A stretch of 64,000 nucleotides of DNA from an uncultured Thermoleophilia bacterium (GTDB lineage Bacteria; Actinomycetota; Thermoleophilia; UBA2241): NCBI GenBank assembly GCA_963765635.1, contig CAVXXF010000004.1:379610-443609 (forward strand). The letters run 5' to 3'. This document shows positions 28,748 to 38,033 of this stretch, one piece after another. The notes below the pieces were generated by a model. The model made no database searches, had not been told where the DNA came from, and was given only the letters and a program-made list of their open reading frames with translations. The position numbers and the translations under genes are program-made. Position 1 is the stretch's first letter, and the number at the start of each line of letters is the position of its first letter.

Positions 28748-29756
28748 CTACTGCTGGGTACTGATGCCGAGGCCCTGCTCGATGGTCGCGATCACGCTGT
28801 CACTGGGATCGAAGAACTCGTTGTTGACGTCGGCCCAGCCGCCGAGATCGTCGATGGTGAACAGCTTGGCGGGGTCGGGAACTTGTCGGCGCCGGTCACG
28901 CCCTCGACGACCGGGCGGTAGCCCTGTCGAGCGAAGATCGCCTGCGCCTCGGGCGTGTAGAGGTAGTCGAGGAACGCCTTGCGCTCGGCGCGAACCGCTC
29001 GCATCCTCGGTGACCGCGATCGGGGTCTCGATCAGGATCGTCTCGTCGGGGACGACGTAGTCGACGTCCTCGCCCGCCTTCTGGGCGGCGAATCGCCTCG
29101 TTCTCGTAGGAGAGCAGGACGTCGCCCTTGCCGCCGATGAAGGTCTGCAGCGCGTCGCGGCGCGCTCTTGTCCTGCACGGCCACGTTGCTCGAAGAGGTC
29201 GGCGACGTACTGCCGCGGCCTGCTCCTCGGTCTTGCCCTGCTTGATCTGGGCGCCGTAGGCGGCCATGATGTTCCACTTGGCGCCACCGGAGGTGAACGG
29301 GTTGGGCTTGATCACCTCGACGTCCGGGCTCGGTCAGGTCGTCCCAGGTCGTGATGTCCTTCGGGTTGCCCTTGCGGACCACGAAGACGACGACCGAGCT
29401 GGTGACGATGCCCTCGTACTGGTTCTGGCTCCCAGGTCTTCGTCGACGAGACCGGCTTCGACGAGCCGGGTCATGTCGGGCTCGAGCGAGAAGGCGCACG
29501 ACGTCGGCGGGCAGGCCGGCCTCGACGCCGCGGCTCTGGTCGCCGGACGAGCCGTACGGACTCGTGAACTCGACATCGGTCCCGCAGCCGTCTTCTGGAA
29601 GGCCGGGATCAGTTCCGCGTACGGCTTCGCGCGGCGTGGAGTAGGCGACCAGCGCCGACGCTGGATCCGCCGCCGCCACAGGCGCTGAGCGTCGCGACCA
29701 CCACGAGGGTCGTAGTCGCCAGCACTAGCGCTCCAGATGGTCCTCTTCGATTGCAT
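28748..29756 (-). pseudogene. cysP: Sulfate/thiosulfate-binding lipoprotein (Sbp/CysP), at least five frameshifts
   Basis: ATG 29756 follows GGGAGGG. The signal/lipobox LVLATTTLVVVATLSACGGGG is already out of frame with the start. Later pieces are AYAELIPAFQKTAAGP, IKPNPFTSGGAKWNIMAAYGAQIKQGKTEEQAAA, FLDYLYTPEAQAIFARQGYRPVV and DDLGGWADVNNEFFDPSDSVIATIEQGLGISTQQ. Confidence 0.7.
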
Positions 29757-29799
29757 CCATTCCCTCCCGCGCGCCCATTGTTGAGCGCGACGATCAACA

Positions 29800-29829
29800 T
29801 TGACAAGATTGACTGCGGGGGAGTATGCA
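29800..29829 (+). promoter_or_regulatory. Putative promoter TTGACA-N18-TATGCA in the cysP/comA divergent region
   Basis: TTGACA at 29800..29805 and TATGCA at 29824..29829, within the lowest-GC patch of the 230-nt intergenic region. This is a sequence match only. Confidence 0.3.
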
Positions 29830-29987
29830 TGACCATCGGTAATAATTCGAATCACAATGCCTTATACTTTGACGACCATGCATACGTCCTGCCGCGGCTT
29901 GCCACTCCAAGGGCGCGGTGGGGAAGCGGTCTGGTACGATTCACTCAGCACCGCGACGAGCGGCGCGCGACCACTGGAGGACGACCG

Positions 29988-30740
29988 ATGTTCGACTTTC
30001 TCACGCTCCCACAGCGCACGAGCAAGCCGCGCGAGAGCGGCCTCACCCACGTGCTCGACAAGGGCTACAGCCTCGACCAGGTGCGGCAGTTCCTCGAGGT
30101 CGCCAAGGACAACGTCGACATCGTCAAGCTGGGCTGGGGCACCGCGGCGGTCACGCCCAACGTCAAGGAGAAGATCGCCCTCTACCAGAGCTTCGACATC
30201 CCGGTCTGCTTCGGCGGCACCTTCTTCGAGGTCTGCCTGCGCCAGAACAAGCTCGAGGAGTACGTGCGACTCGTGCGCGAGTGCGACATGACCTGCGTGG
30301 AGATCTCCGACGGCACCATCGACATCCCCGTCGAAGACAAGCTGGCCATGCTGCGCCGCTTCGCCAAGGAGTTCAAGGTGCTCAGCGAGGTCGGCAGCAA
30401 GGACGCCAGCGTGGTCATCGCCCCGTTCAAGTGGGTCGACAGCATCAAGCGCGAGCTCGAGGCCGGCGCCTGGAAGGTCATCACCGAAGGCCGCGAGTCG
30501 GGCACCGTGGGCATCTACCAGCCCGGCGGTGAGGTCAAGGAGGGCCTGCTCGACGAGATCCGCTCGGCGATCGACCCCGCGCAGCTGCTGTTCGAGGCGC
30601 CGATCAAGAGCCAGCAGGCCTGGTTCGTCACGGAGTTCGGGGCCAACGTGAACCTCGGCAACATCCCACCCGAAGAAGTGATCTCGGTGGAGACGCTCCG
30701 CGTGGGCGTGCGCGGCGACACGCTGCTGCACTTCCACTGA
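29988..30740 (+). CDS. comA: (2R)-phospho-3-sulfolactate synthase (ComA family)
   Basis: ATG 29988 follows GGAGGA. The sequence MFDFLTLPQRTSKPRESGLTHVLDKGYSLDQVRQFLEVAKDNVDIVKLGWGTA...CVEISDGTI...FEAPIKSQQAWF is recognisably the ComA family (Pfam PF02679 from memory). The gene is intact. Confidence 0.85.
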   Translation: MFDFLTLPQRTSKPRESGLTHVLDKGYSLDQVRQFLEVAKDNVDIVKLGWGTAAVTPNVKEKIALYQSFDIPVCFGGTFFEVCLRQNKLEEYVRLVRECDMTCVEISDGTIDIPVEDKLAMLRRFAKEFKVLSEVGSKDASVVIAPFKWVDSIKRELEAGAWKVITEGRESGTVGIYQPGGEVKEGLLDEIRSAIDPAQLLFEAPIKSQQAWFVTEFGANVNLGNIPPEEVISVETLRVGVRGDTLLHFH

Positions 30741-30791
30741 GCGTGTCGCCGCGCCCGGCCGCATTCGCCCGCAGACCCCTCGGTGCGTCAC

Positions 30792-31392
30792 ATGACCCTC
30801 TCTCTCATCCGCCACGGCGAGACCGACTGGAACCGCGAGCCGGCGCGCTGCCAGGGCTGGACCGAGATCGGTCTCAACGAGACGGGCCGCGCCCAGGCGC
30901 GCGACCAGGGTCGCGCGCTCGAAGGGCGCGGCCTGGAGCTCATCGTCTCCAGCCACCTCATGCGCGCACGAGAGACCGCCGAGCTCATCCGCGAGGAGAT
31001 CGGCGGTGACATCCCGCTCGTCCTCGACCCGCGTCTCGCCGAGACCCACCGCGGCGACTGGGAGTCGCGCCTGTTCGCCGAGATCATGCTCGACGACGCC
31101 GTGACGTGGCGCCGGTACCGCGAGCACCCCGAGGATTTCCGCTTTCCCGCCGGCGAGAGCCTGGCCGACCAGCAGCGCCGGGTGCTGGCCGCGCTGCGGG
31201 ACGCAGCGCGGGACGGCCGCCCGGCGCTCCTCGTGACGCACGGCGGCAGCATCCGCCTGGCGCGCTGCTTCCTGGAAGGCCGCGGCATCGCCGCCTTCCA
31301 CGAGACGAAGGACGACGAACGGCGGCATCGACGAGATCGAGACCGCCGGCCTCGCCGCGCGCATCACGGCGTTTCTGGCCGGGAATACCTAG
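30792..31392 (+). pseudogene. Histidine phosphatase (phosphoglycerate mutase-like) family protein with one 3'-proximal frameshift
   Basis: MTLSLIRHGETDWN has the catalytic RHG, and ...LLVTHGGSIR has the second His. After ~31315 the natural continuation NGGIDEIETAGLAARITAFLAGNT-TAG (stop 31390..31392) is in another frame. The 601-nt span is not a multiple of 3. Confidence 0.7.
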
Positions 31393-31395
31393 GAG

Positions 31396-32612
31396 ATGAG
31401 CGACCTGCCGACCAACCCACCCGACGCGGAGCGATTCCCGCTGGCCCGTGAGGGCGAGCCAGGGAGGAGCCGCCGAGCCAAACGCCCAGCGCGGCCCCGA
31501 GCCGGCGCCCACGACGGGTCTCAAGAAGCGCGTCATCCCCGACCCGCCGGAGATCGATCAGACGAAGGGCCGCCAGACCCTCTGGTTCCTGCTGGTCCTG
31601 GCTCTGGCGGCCTTCGCGGTGATGGCTGCCGTCGGCACGCTCAACACGCTCGCCGACCCCTACGGCATGATCGGCATGAAGCTGCTGCCCAGCGCGACGA
31701 CCTCGGACCGCACGATCAAGGCCGACGCCATCGAGGCCCTGAAGCAGGGGCCGCAGCTCGTCGTCCTCGGCAGCTCGCGCTCGATGCGCTACCAGCCCAA
31801 GTACCTCGAGGAGAAGACCGGCCTGCGGACCTTCAACGCCGGCGTCAACGGCATCGGCGGCACCGCCGACGCCTGGGCGATGACCAACTTCATCGCCGAC
31901 ACCTGGCCGGACGCGAGCCCCGCGTACTTCTGGCTGCTCGACGTGGAGTCGTTCGTGCCGTTCAAGGTCCAGGGCCGCACCGCCAACGAGCCGCGCCTGG
32001 CGCAGTACGTCGGGCGAGGCGGGCGCCAGGCATAGTGTGCGCGCCCTGCTCCGCGCCGTCGCCGAAAACCGCACCGCGATGTTCTCGTGGGTCACGGCCA
32101 AGGATTCGCTGCGCGTCATCCTCAACCGCGACAAGGCGAAGGTGAAGGCCTCCAAGTACCGCGACACGCTTCCTGCCGGACGGCATGGTCAGGCAGCGCC
32201 TGTGGACCGAGAAGGAGTGGGCGAAGCGCTTCCCCAAGTCGGTGAAGCGCTACGGCGACCTGTACCGCAACGCGTACAAGGAGCTCGACCCCGAAGCGCA
32301 GAGCTACTTCGAACGCACGCTCAAGCTGATGAACGATCAGGGCGCTACGCCGCTGATCGTGCTCACGCCCATCAACCCCAAGCTGCTCAAGGTCCTGAGC
32401 CCGCTGGGCTGGCCGCGAACGCTACCAGCAGGTGCTCGACTACGTGACGTCGCTCGAGGGCACGTACGACTTCGTCTTCGTCGACATCACCGACATGACG
32501 AAGTTCGGCGCCGACCCCGTAGCAGTTCTATGACGGCGTGCACATGACGACGATCAACACGCAGCGCGCCATCGACTACGTGCTGCAACAGACCGGCGGG
32601 CTGCCCAAGTGA
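31396..32612 (+). pseudogene. DltD/AlgJ-like SGNH-type acyl-transfer partner of the downstream MBOAT, four or more frameshifts
   Basis: Pieces in different frames: (MSDLPTNPPDAERFPLAREGEP), TM anchor QTLWFLLVLALAAFAVMAAV...VVLGSSRSMRYQPKYLEEKTGLRTFNAGVNGIGG, then SLRVILNRDKAKVKASKY, VRQRLWTEKEWAKRFPKSVKRYGDLYRNAYKELDPEAQSYFERTLKLMNDQGATPLIVLTPINPKLLKVLSPLGW, and ERYQQVLDYV...FYDGVHMTTINTQRAIDYVLQQTGGLPK-TGA (32610..32612). Confidence 0.65.
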
Positions 32613-32644
32613 TCCGACCGGCCGCCGCGGACTGAGGGGAAGCC

Positions 32645-34039
32645 GTGTTCATCAACAGCTTCGGCTTCCTCTTCTTCTTCCTGCCGGTCGTCGTCCTCCT
32701 GTATTGGCTGATCCCGCGCGGCTACGCGCGCCTGAGCTTCCTGATCGTCGCCTCGTGCTTGTTCTACGGTCTCTGGGACTGGCGCTACATCCCACTGCTG
32801 CTCGGTACGACGCTCGTCGACTGGGCGGCCGGATGGCTGATCGTCCACAATCGGGATGGGCGGCGGCGCAAGGTGCTGCTCGCCGCCGCCGTGACCGTCA
32901 ACCTCGGCCTCCTCGCCTACTTCAAGTACCGCGGCTTCTTCTTCACCTCCATGGACGGCCTCTTCAAGCTCATGGGGATGGGCGAGCCGCTGCCCATGCT
33001 GCGGGTGCTGCTGCCGGTCGGCGTGTCCTTCTACACGTTCGCCGCGATCTCGTACGTGGTCGACGTGTACCGGGGGATGATCCGCCCGGCCAAGTCAGTG
33101 ATCCACTACCTCGCCTGGGCGACGATGTTCCCCTACCTCCTGGCCGGCCCCATCATCCGCTACGGCCACGTCGGCGAGCAGCTCGAGCGTGCTCAGCAGC
33201 GGTTCCGCTGGAGTCTCATCGGCACCGGCCTGTTCTTCCTCGTCATGGGCCTCGCCAAGAAGCTGCTGGTCGCCGACATGATGGCGCCCTATGTCAACGA
33301 CCTGTTCGCGCATCACGGCCAGCTCGGCCTGCTCTCCGGCTGGGGCGCCGCCCTCGGCTACACGCTGCAGCTCTACTTCGATTTCTCGGGATACTCGGAC
33401 ATGGCCGTGGGCGTGGCGTTCATGATCGGCCTGCGCTTCCCGCAGAACTTCGACTCGCCCTACAAGGCCGCCAACCCGTCGGACTTCTGGCGGCGCTGGC
33501 ACATGTCGCTGTCATCCTGGCTGCGCGACTACCTGTTCATCCCCCTCGGCGGCTCGCGCGGCACGACGTTCATGACCGTGCGCAACCTGCTCATCACCTT
33601 CCTCCTGGCCGGCCTGTGGCACGGCCCCGCCTGGACGTTCGTCTTCTGGGGCCTGCTCTGGGGCGTCTTCCAGGCGGTGCACGTGGTGGCGCGCAAGAAG
33701 GGGTTCACGCCGCCGTGGGTGTGGCTCAACCGCACGCTGACCTTCCTGGCCGCCACGCTCGCCTGGGTGTTCTTCCGCGCCACGTCCATGCGCTCGGCGC
33801 TGGACGTGCTCGCGGCGATGTTCGGCCTGAAGGGCCTGAGCGGGGACGGGATACTGCCGCTGGCGCCGGTGCTCGCGGGGTTCATCATCGGCGGCCTGGT
33901 GTGGGTGAACTTCCTCCCCAACACCTGGGAGATCAAGCCACAGCCCAAGCTGCGCTACGCGCTGGTGCTCGGGCTGCTGCTGGGGGCGTCACTGCTGGCG
34001 CTGAGCAAGCCGAGCCCGTTCCTCTACTTCCAGTTCTGA
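32645..34039 (+). CDS. MBOAT family O-acyltransferase (AlgI/DltB-like)
   Basis: 464-aa polytopic ORF with FNSFGFLFFFLPVVVLLYWL, YFDFSGYSDMAVGVAFMIGLRFPQNFDSPYKAANPSDFWRRWHMSLSSWLRDYLFIPLGGSRG (conserved His) and LLAGLWHG. Confidence 0.9.
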   Translation: MFINSFGFLFFFLPVVVLLYWLIPRGYARLSFLIVASCLFYGLWDWRYIPLLLGTTLVDWAAGWLIVHNRDGRRRKVLLAAAVTVNLGLLAYFKYRGFFFTSMDGLFKLMGMGEPLPMLRVLLPVGVSFYTFAAISYVVDVYRGMIRPAKSVIHYLAWATMFPYLLAGPIIRYGHVGEQLERAQQRFRWSLIGTGLFFLVMGLAKKLLVADMMAPYVNDLFAHHGQLGLLSGWGAALGYTLQLYFDFSGYSDMAVGVAFMIGLRFPQNFDSPYKAANPSDFWRRWHMSLSSWLRDYLFIPLGGSRGTTFMTVRNLLITFLLAGLWHGPAWTFVFWGLLWGVFQAVHVVARKKGFTPPWVWLNRTLTFLAATLAWVFFRATSMRSALDVLAAMFGLKGLSGDGILPLAPVLAGFIIGGLVWVNFLPNTWEIKPQPKLRYALVLGLLLGASLLALSKPSPFLYFQF

Positions 34040-34073
34040 GAGAGGCGCGGCCGCGGATCGACCGGCGCGAGCG

Positions 34074-34973
34074 TCAGTGCGGCGAGCTCAGGCTGGCGTC
34101 GGCCAGGATCCAGCGGCGCACGATCTGCTCGCGCGAGAGACTCACGCGGAAGGCGAAGGCTTGCTTCTCGCCGACGAGGCTGGGCTCGCCGTTGCGCACC
34201 ACTTCGATCCAGCCGTGCCACGGGCCGACCGTGTCGAGCGGCCACGACGCGGTGACGGCGAGCAGCTGACCCGGCGCCAGCGTGAACGCCTGGTCGGAGA
34301 CCAGGTCGGCACTGGCGCCGGCGGCGCCACGCACCGCCAGCCTGATTCCCTCGAGGGCGATCGGCTGACCGCCGCTGTTGGTGATCGTGAAGCGCACGCG
34401 TACGGCTCTGCCGACCACGCGCGGGCCGCCGGCCAGCCTCACCGAGCCGTCGAGCGCTACGAGCCCGGGCTGCGTGTCGGGCGGAAGCGCCGTGGCTCCG
34501 ACAAGGCGGGTGTCGGCGGGGTTGCCGCCGAGCTGGGTCATGAAGGACGTGACGTTGTTGATCCAGTTGCCGGTGCCGTCGGGGCAGTACTTGGGCGCGA
34601 TGGCGTTCACCGAGTAGAGGCCGACGCCGTAGTAGAGCTCGCCGGCCAGACCCTGGGCAACGCGACCGATGGCCTCGTCCCAGGAGCCGAAGTCGCTCTG
34701 CGGCCACGTGAGGCCGTAGAACCAGTTGAAGGCGTTGTACGTGCACTGGTCGCCGTTCTCCGAGTACAGCAGCTGGCCGAAGCTCGACTCGGCGCCGGTG
34801 ATGGCGACGAGGAAGGCCGGGTCGACGCCGTGCTCCCGGCCCTCGGCCACGAAGGTGGCGCCGGTGCCGGTCATCGGGGAGCCGTGCACCGCGAGGAAGT
34901 CGTCGATCTGCGCGGCGTCGGGGGCCGCTGCGGCCGCCGACGCGAAGGCGCCGGCCACGGCGGCCAGCAGCAC
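34074..34973 (-). CDS. Secreted glucosaminidase-domain (GH73-like) protein with C-terminal beta-rich domain; start uncertain
   Basis: EGREHGVDPAFLVAITGAESSFGQ resembles the Glucosaminidase-family motif (..gvdp.lllAia.lESgwG). The in-frame upstream sequence ARQSQVALLLAVICVLLAAVAG looks like a fuller signal peptide but has no ATG/GTG, so the true start (or another indel) near 34975..35030 is unresolved. Confidence 0.6.
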   Translation of the reverse strand: MLLAAVAGAFASAAAAAPDAAQIDDFLAVHGSPMTGTGATFVAEGREHGVDPAFLVAITGAESSFGQLLYSENGDQCTYNAFNWFYGLTWPQSDFGSWDEAIGRVAQGLAGELYYGVGLYSVNAIAPKYCPDGTGNWINNVTSFMTQLGGNPADTRLVGATALPPDTQPGLVALDGSVRLAGGPRVVGRAVRVRFTITNSGGQPIALEGIRLAVRGAAGASADLVSDQAFTLAPGQLLAVTASWPLDTVGPWHGWIEVVRNGEPSLVGEKQAFAFRVSLSREQIVRRWILADASLSSPH

Positions 34974-35206
34974 GCAGATGACTGCGAGGAGGAGAGCGAC
35001 CTGAGACTGTCGGGCGGGTTGTGACGCGCACGAGGGCGGTCCTTTCTCAACGGACGCGAGACGACAGTATAGACGAGAGAGCCGGGCGCGCCGACCCGGC
35101 CTCTTCGGGGAGACGCCCGCGCGCCGGGCCCGGTTCGTGGGCGCCCGCGCGCTGCTCTCGCCGGGTGCGGGGGAACCGCGGTCTGCCGGAGAAGTAAGAT
35201 GGACAC

Positions 35207-36325
35207 ATGAACGAGATCCCCGACCCGCGCTTCGCCTGCGACGACACCTTTCCGGGGCGCCACGTGCTGCGCCTCGTCCGGCGCTCCATCGAGCGGCACC
35301 GGCTCGACCTCGCCGGCCTGCGCGTGCTCACCGAGGCCGGCGTGGGCTACCGCCGCGTCACGCCGGCGATCGCCGCCCTCGCCGGAGCGGCCGAGGTGTA
35401 CGCCGTGGCCCGCGACACCGTGCAGTCGTCGCGCAAGGAGGCGGAGCAGCAGACCGAGTATCTCGCCAAGCTCGCCGGCGTCCAGGACCGCGTGCACGTG
35501 CTGCCGACGCGCCTGCAGGCGCCGCTGGCCGGGGTGGACCTCGTCACCGACCTCCCCGGCGTGCGCCCCATCGACGAGGCCATCGTGCGCAACATCGCCG
35601 AAACCGCTTCTGTGACGCTCATGCGCGGAGTCGCGCACTGGCGCACCGCCGACGTGGACGTCGCCACCTGCCGCCGGGGCGCCATCGCCGTGGCCGGGGT
35701 GGACGAGGACGGCATCGACCTGTTCCGCTACCTCGCGATGGAGGCCGTCTGGGGCCTTCTCCAAGTGGGCGTAGAGATCGTGGGGGCCACGGTGCTCGTG
35801 GCCGGCGACGGAGTGGCATACGCCAAGGTCGCGCGCGGCCTGGCGCAAGCCGGCGCGCGCGTGCTCGTCGCGGCGCCCGAGGGCGCCGGCCGCATCAGCC
35901 TGTACGGCGGCGAGAAGGTCGGGGACAGCCTCGGAGACGCGGCCGCTCGCGGCCGCCTTGCCGAGGCCGACGCCCTGGTGTTGTGCCCCGCCCGGCCGGA
36001 CGCGCGCACCGTCGGGCCCGGCGGCTGGATCGACGCGGCCACCCTGGCGGCCGCCGCGCCGCACCTCGCCGTGGTCGGCCTCGCCGGCGAGCTCGACGGG
36101 CGCGGCCTGGCCGGCGCCGGCCTGCGCAGCTGGCCCGGCGCCGCTGTCGTTCGCGATCTCCTGCCGCAGCCGCTCATCGAGCTGCACACTGCCGGGCTCA
36201 AGGTCGGCGAGGTCATGACCCGCGCCCGGCGACGCGGCTCGTCGCCGCTGGCGGCGGAGCAACTCGCCGCCGTCGAGGCGCACGCCGAGCAGCTGCCCAA
36301 GGACCTCGGCGCGCCGCGCCGCTAG
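35207..36325 (+). CDS. Hypothetical protein with Rossmann-like segment; first gene of the glycan locus
   Basis: 372-aa ORF with coding-type GC3 bias and a GxGxxA-like segment, VLVAGDGVAYAKVARGLAQAGARVLVAAP. No family was recognised by eye. Confidence 0.55.
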   Translation: MNEIPDPRFACDDTFPGRHVLRLVRRSIERHRLDLAGLRVLTEAGVGYRRVTPAIAALAGAAEVYAVARDTVQSSRKEAEQQTEYLAKLAGVQDRVHVLPTRLQAPLAGVDLVTDLPGVRPIDEAIVRNIAETASVTLMRGVAHWRTADVDVATCRRGAIAVAGVDEDGIDLFRYLAMEAVWGLLQVGVEIVGATVLVAGDGVAYAKVARGLAQAGARVLVAAPEGAGRISLYGGEKVGDSLGDAAARGRLAEADALVLCPARPDARTVGPGGWIDAATLAAAAPHLAVVGLAGELDGRGLAGAGLRSWPGAAVVRDLLPQPLIELHTAGLKVGEVMTRARRRGSSPLAAEQLAAVEAHAEQLPKDLGAPRR

Positions 36326-36341
36326 GAGGACGCCTCCACAC

Positions 36342-38033
36342 ATGGGCAAGGGCACGAAGCCGAAGAGCCAGGGCTACTCGCTGCTCCTCAAGGACTCTGT
36401 GATCTACGGCGGCGGCCGCGCGCTGCAGAAGTTCCTCGTCGCGCTTCTCCTGCCGCTCTACACGGCCTTCCTCACGCCGTCCGACTACGGCATCCTCGGC
36501 ATGGTCGTCACGGTGACGACCTTCCTCGACGTCCTCGTCACCCTGGGCTTCGATGTCGCCTTCAGCCGCTTCTACTTTGACGACAAGTCGCCGCAGGCGC
36601 GCCGCAGGGTGATCACCAACGTCTTCTACGTGTCCACCATTTACCCGCTGATCCTGCTCGGCACAGTCGGCGTGCTCATGCCGCAGCTTGCGCCGGTCCT
36701 TCTGGGCAAGGAGTACGACCCCGGCGACTGGCGCTATTTCGCGGTCGCGCTGGCGACGCTGTTCTTCAGCAACATCAACGACCTGCCGTTCACGCTGTTC
36801 CGCCTCGAGCACAGGCCTTGGATCTTCAGCGCCTACACCATCGGGCGCATCTTCGTACAGGTCCCCCTCTCCATCCTGTTCGTCGCGGTCTTCGACTGGG
36901 GGCCGATGGGAGTGTTGCTCGCCAACCTCTTCACCGCCGCCGGCATGCAGTGCGGGCTGCTCCCGACGTACATCCGCAAGGTCGACTGGCGCTGGCACGG
37001 ACAGCTGATGAGACCGATGCTGGCGTTCGCCGTCCCGGCGCTCTTCACGGGACTCTCGTTCTACTGGCTCAAGCTCTCGGACCGCTACTTTCTGCTGCAC
37101 TACCAGGGCAAGGCCGTCGTCGGTCTGTACACGGTCGCGTACTCTCTCAGCCAGCCGCTGTACCTCACGCTGATGGCGTTCCGCATGGCGTGGCCGCAGT
37201 GGCACTACGCCAAGCTGCACGAGCCCGAGCGGCACAAGAAGATGGTCGCGCGGTCGTCCACCTACTTCCTCGCCCTCAACGCGCTCCTGCTGGCCGTGAT
37301 GGGGGCCTTCATGCCGTTCATCATCCACACCTTCTTGAACGAGCGCTACTGGAGCATCGGGCCGACGACCTTCGTGCTGGCCCTGTCAGTGGCCGTCTAC
37401 GCTGTGTACTTCGTCTTCTGGGTCGGCTCCAACGTCGCCAAGAAGAACCGCATGATCCCGGTGTTCTTCGTGATCGCCTCGGCGGTCAACATCGCCCTCA
37501 ACTTTCTGCTCGTGCCGGAATACGGCATGTGGGCCGCGGCCTGGACACACGTCATCGGTTTCGCCATCCTGGCGGTGACCGTCTACTTCTACTCCGAGAA
37601 GTGGTACCCGATCCCCTACGAGTGGCGGCGGCTGCTCCTCATCGTCCTCGCCGCGGGGCTCACGCTGGCCGCGGCCTGGGGCGTAGGACGCGCTTTCGGT
37701 CAGAGCGTGTACATGCCGTACCGCGAGCTGGTGGTGAGCACGCTGGCGCAGGTGCCGACCCTGCTGGTCTTCCCCCTTGTGCTCTTCGCGACAGGGTTCT
37801 TCACGCACGGCGAGCGCCAGAAGCTGGATGGTTTGGTGCGCCGGCTGCGCGGCCGGCGCGGCGTCCCTCAGCCGGGCGTGGCCGCCGCCGGGACCGTCTC
37901 CGCGACGGACGACGGCGATCGCACCACGCACCTCAGCGCCGACGATGTCGAGGCCGAGGAGGAGGAGCTCGAGATGGAGAAAGACGCCGATATCGACCTC
38001 ATCGAAGGTCCGAACGCCACCACCATCACATGA
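36342..38033 (+). CDS. wzx: Wzx-type oligosaccharide flippase (polysaccharide biosynthesis protein, MOP superfamily) with acidic C-terminal tail
   Basis: 563-aa ORF with about 12-14 hydrophobic helices and an N-terminus (LLLKDSVIYGGGRALQKFLVALLLPLYTAFLTPSDYG) typical of the Polysacc_synt family. Confidence 0.85.
   Translation: MGKGTKPKSQGYSLLLKDSVIYGGGRALQKFLVALLLPLYTAFLTPSDYGILGMVVTVTTFLDVLVTLGFDVAFSRFYFDDKSPQARRRVITNVFYVSTIYPLILLGTVGVLMPQLAPVLLGKEYDPGDWRYFAVALATLFFSNINDLPFTLFRLEHRPWIFSAYTIGRIFVQVPLSILFVAVFDWGPMGVLLANLFTAAGMQCGLLPTYIRKVDWRWHGQLMRPMLAFAVPALFTGLSFYWLKLSDRYFLLHYQGKAVVGLYTVAYSLSQPLYLTLMAFRMAWPQWHYAKLHEPERHKKMVARSSTYFLALNALLLAVMGAFMPFIIHTFLNERYWSIGPTTFVLALSVAVYAVYFVFWVGSNVAKKNRMIPVFFVIASAVNIALNFLLVPEYGMWAAAWTHVIGFAILAVTVYFYSEKWYPIPYEWRRLLLIVLAAGLTLAAAWGVGRAFGQSVYMPYRELVVSTLAQVPTLLVFPLVLFATGFFTHGERQKLDGLVRRLRGRRGVPQPGVAAAGTVSATDDGDRTTHLSADDVEAEEEELEMEKDADIDLIEGPNATTIT

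Noticed and set aside
26024-29756. Programmed ribosomal frameshifting or transcriptional slippage as an explanation for the cys operon frame changes
   Set aside because: There are far too many sites (17 or more), in both directions. I saw no recurring slippery heptamer or homopolymer at the junctions I inspected.
29862-31367. 501-aa minus-strand ORF
   Set aside because: It is antisense to comA and the histidine phosphatase, both of which have unmistakable family motifs. Its composition is low-complexity (A/G/R/E/D/L-rich).
34871-36402. 494-aa minus (34871..36355) and 421-aa plus (35137..36402) ORFs over the first glycan-locus gene
   Set aside because: Both are extremely Arg/Gly/Pro/Ala-rich. 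The frame 35207..36325 has balanced composition, GC3 bias and a Rossmann-like motif.
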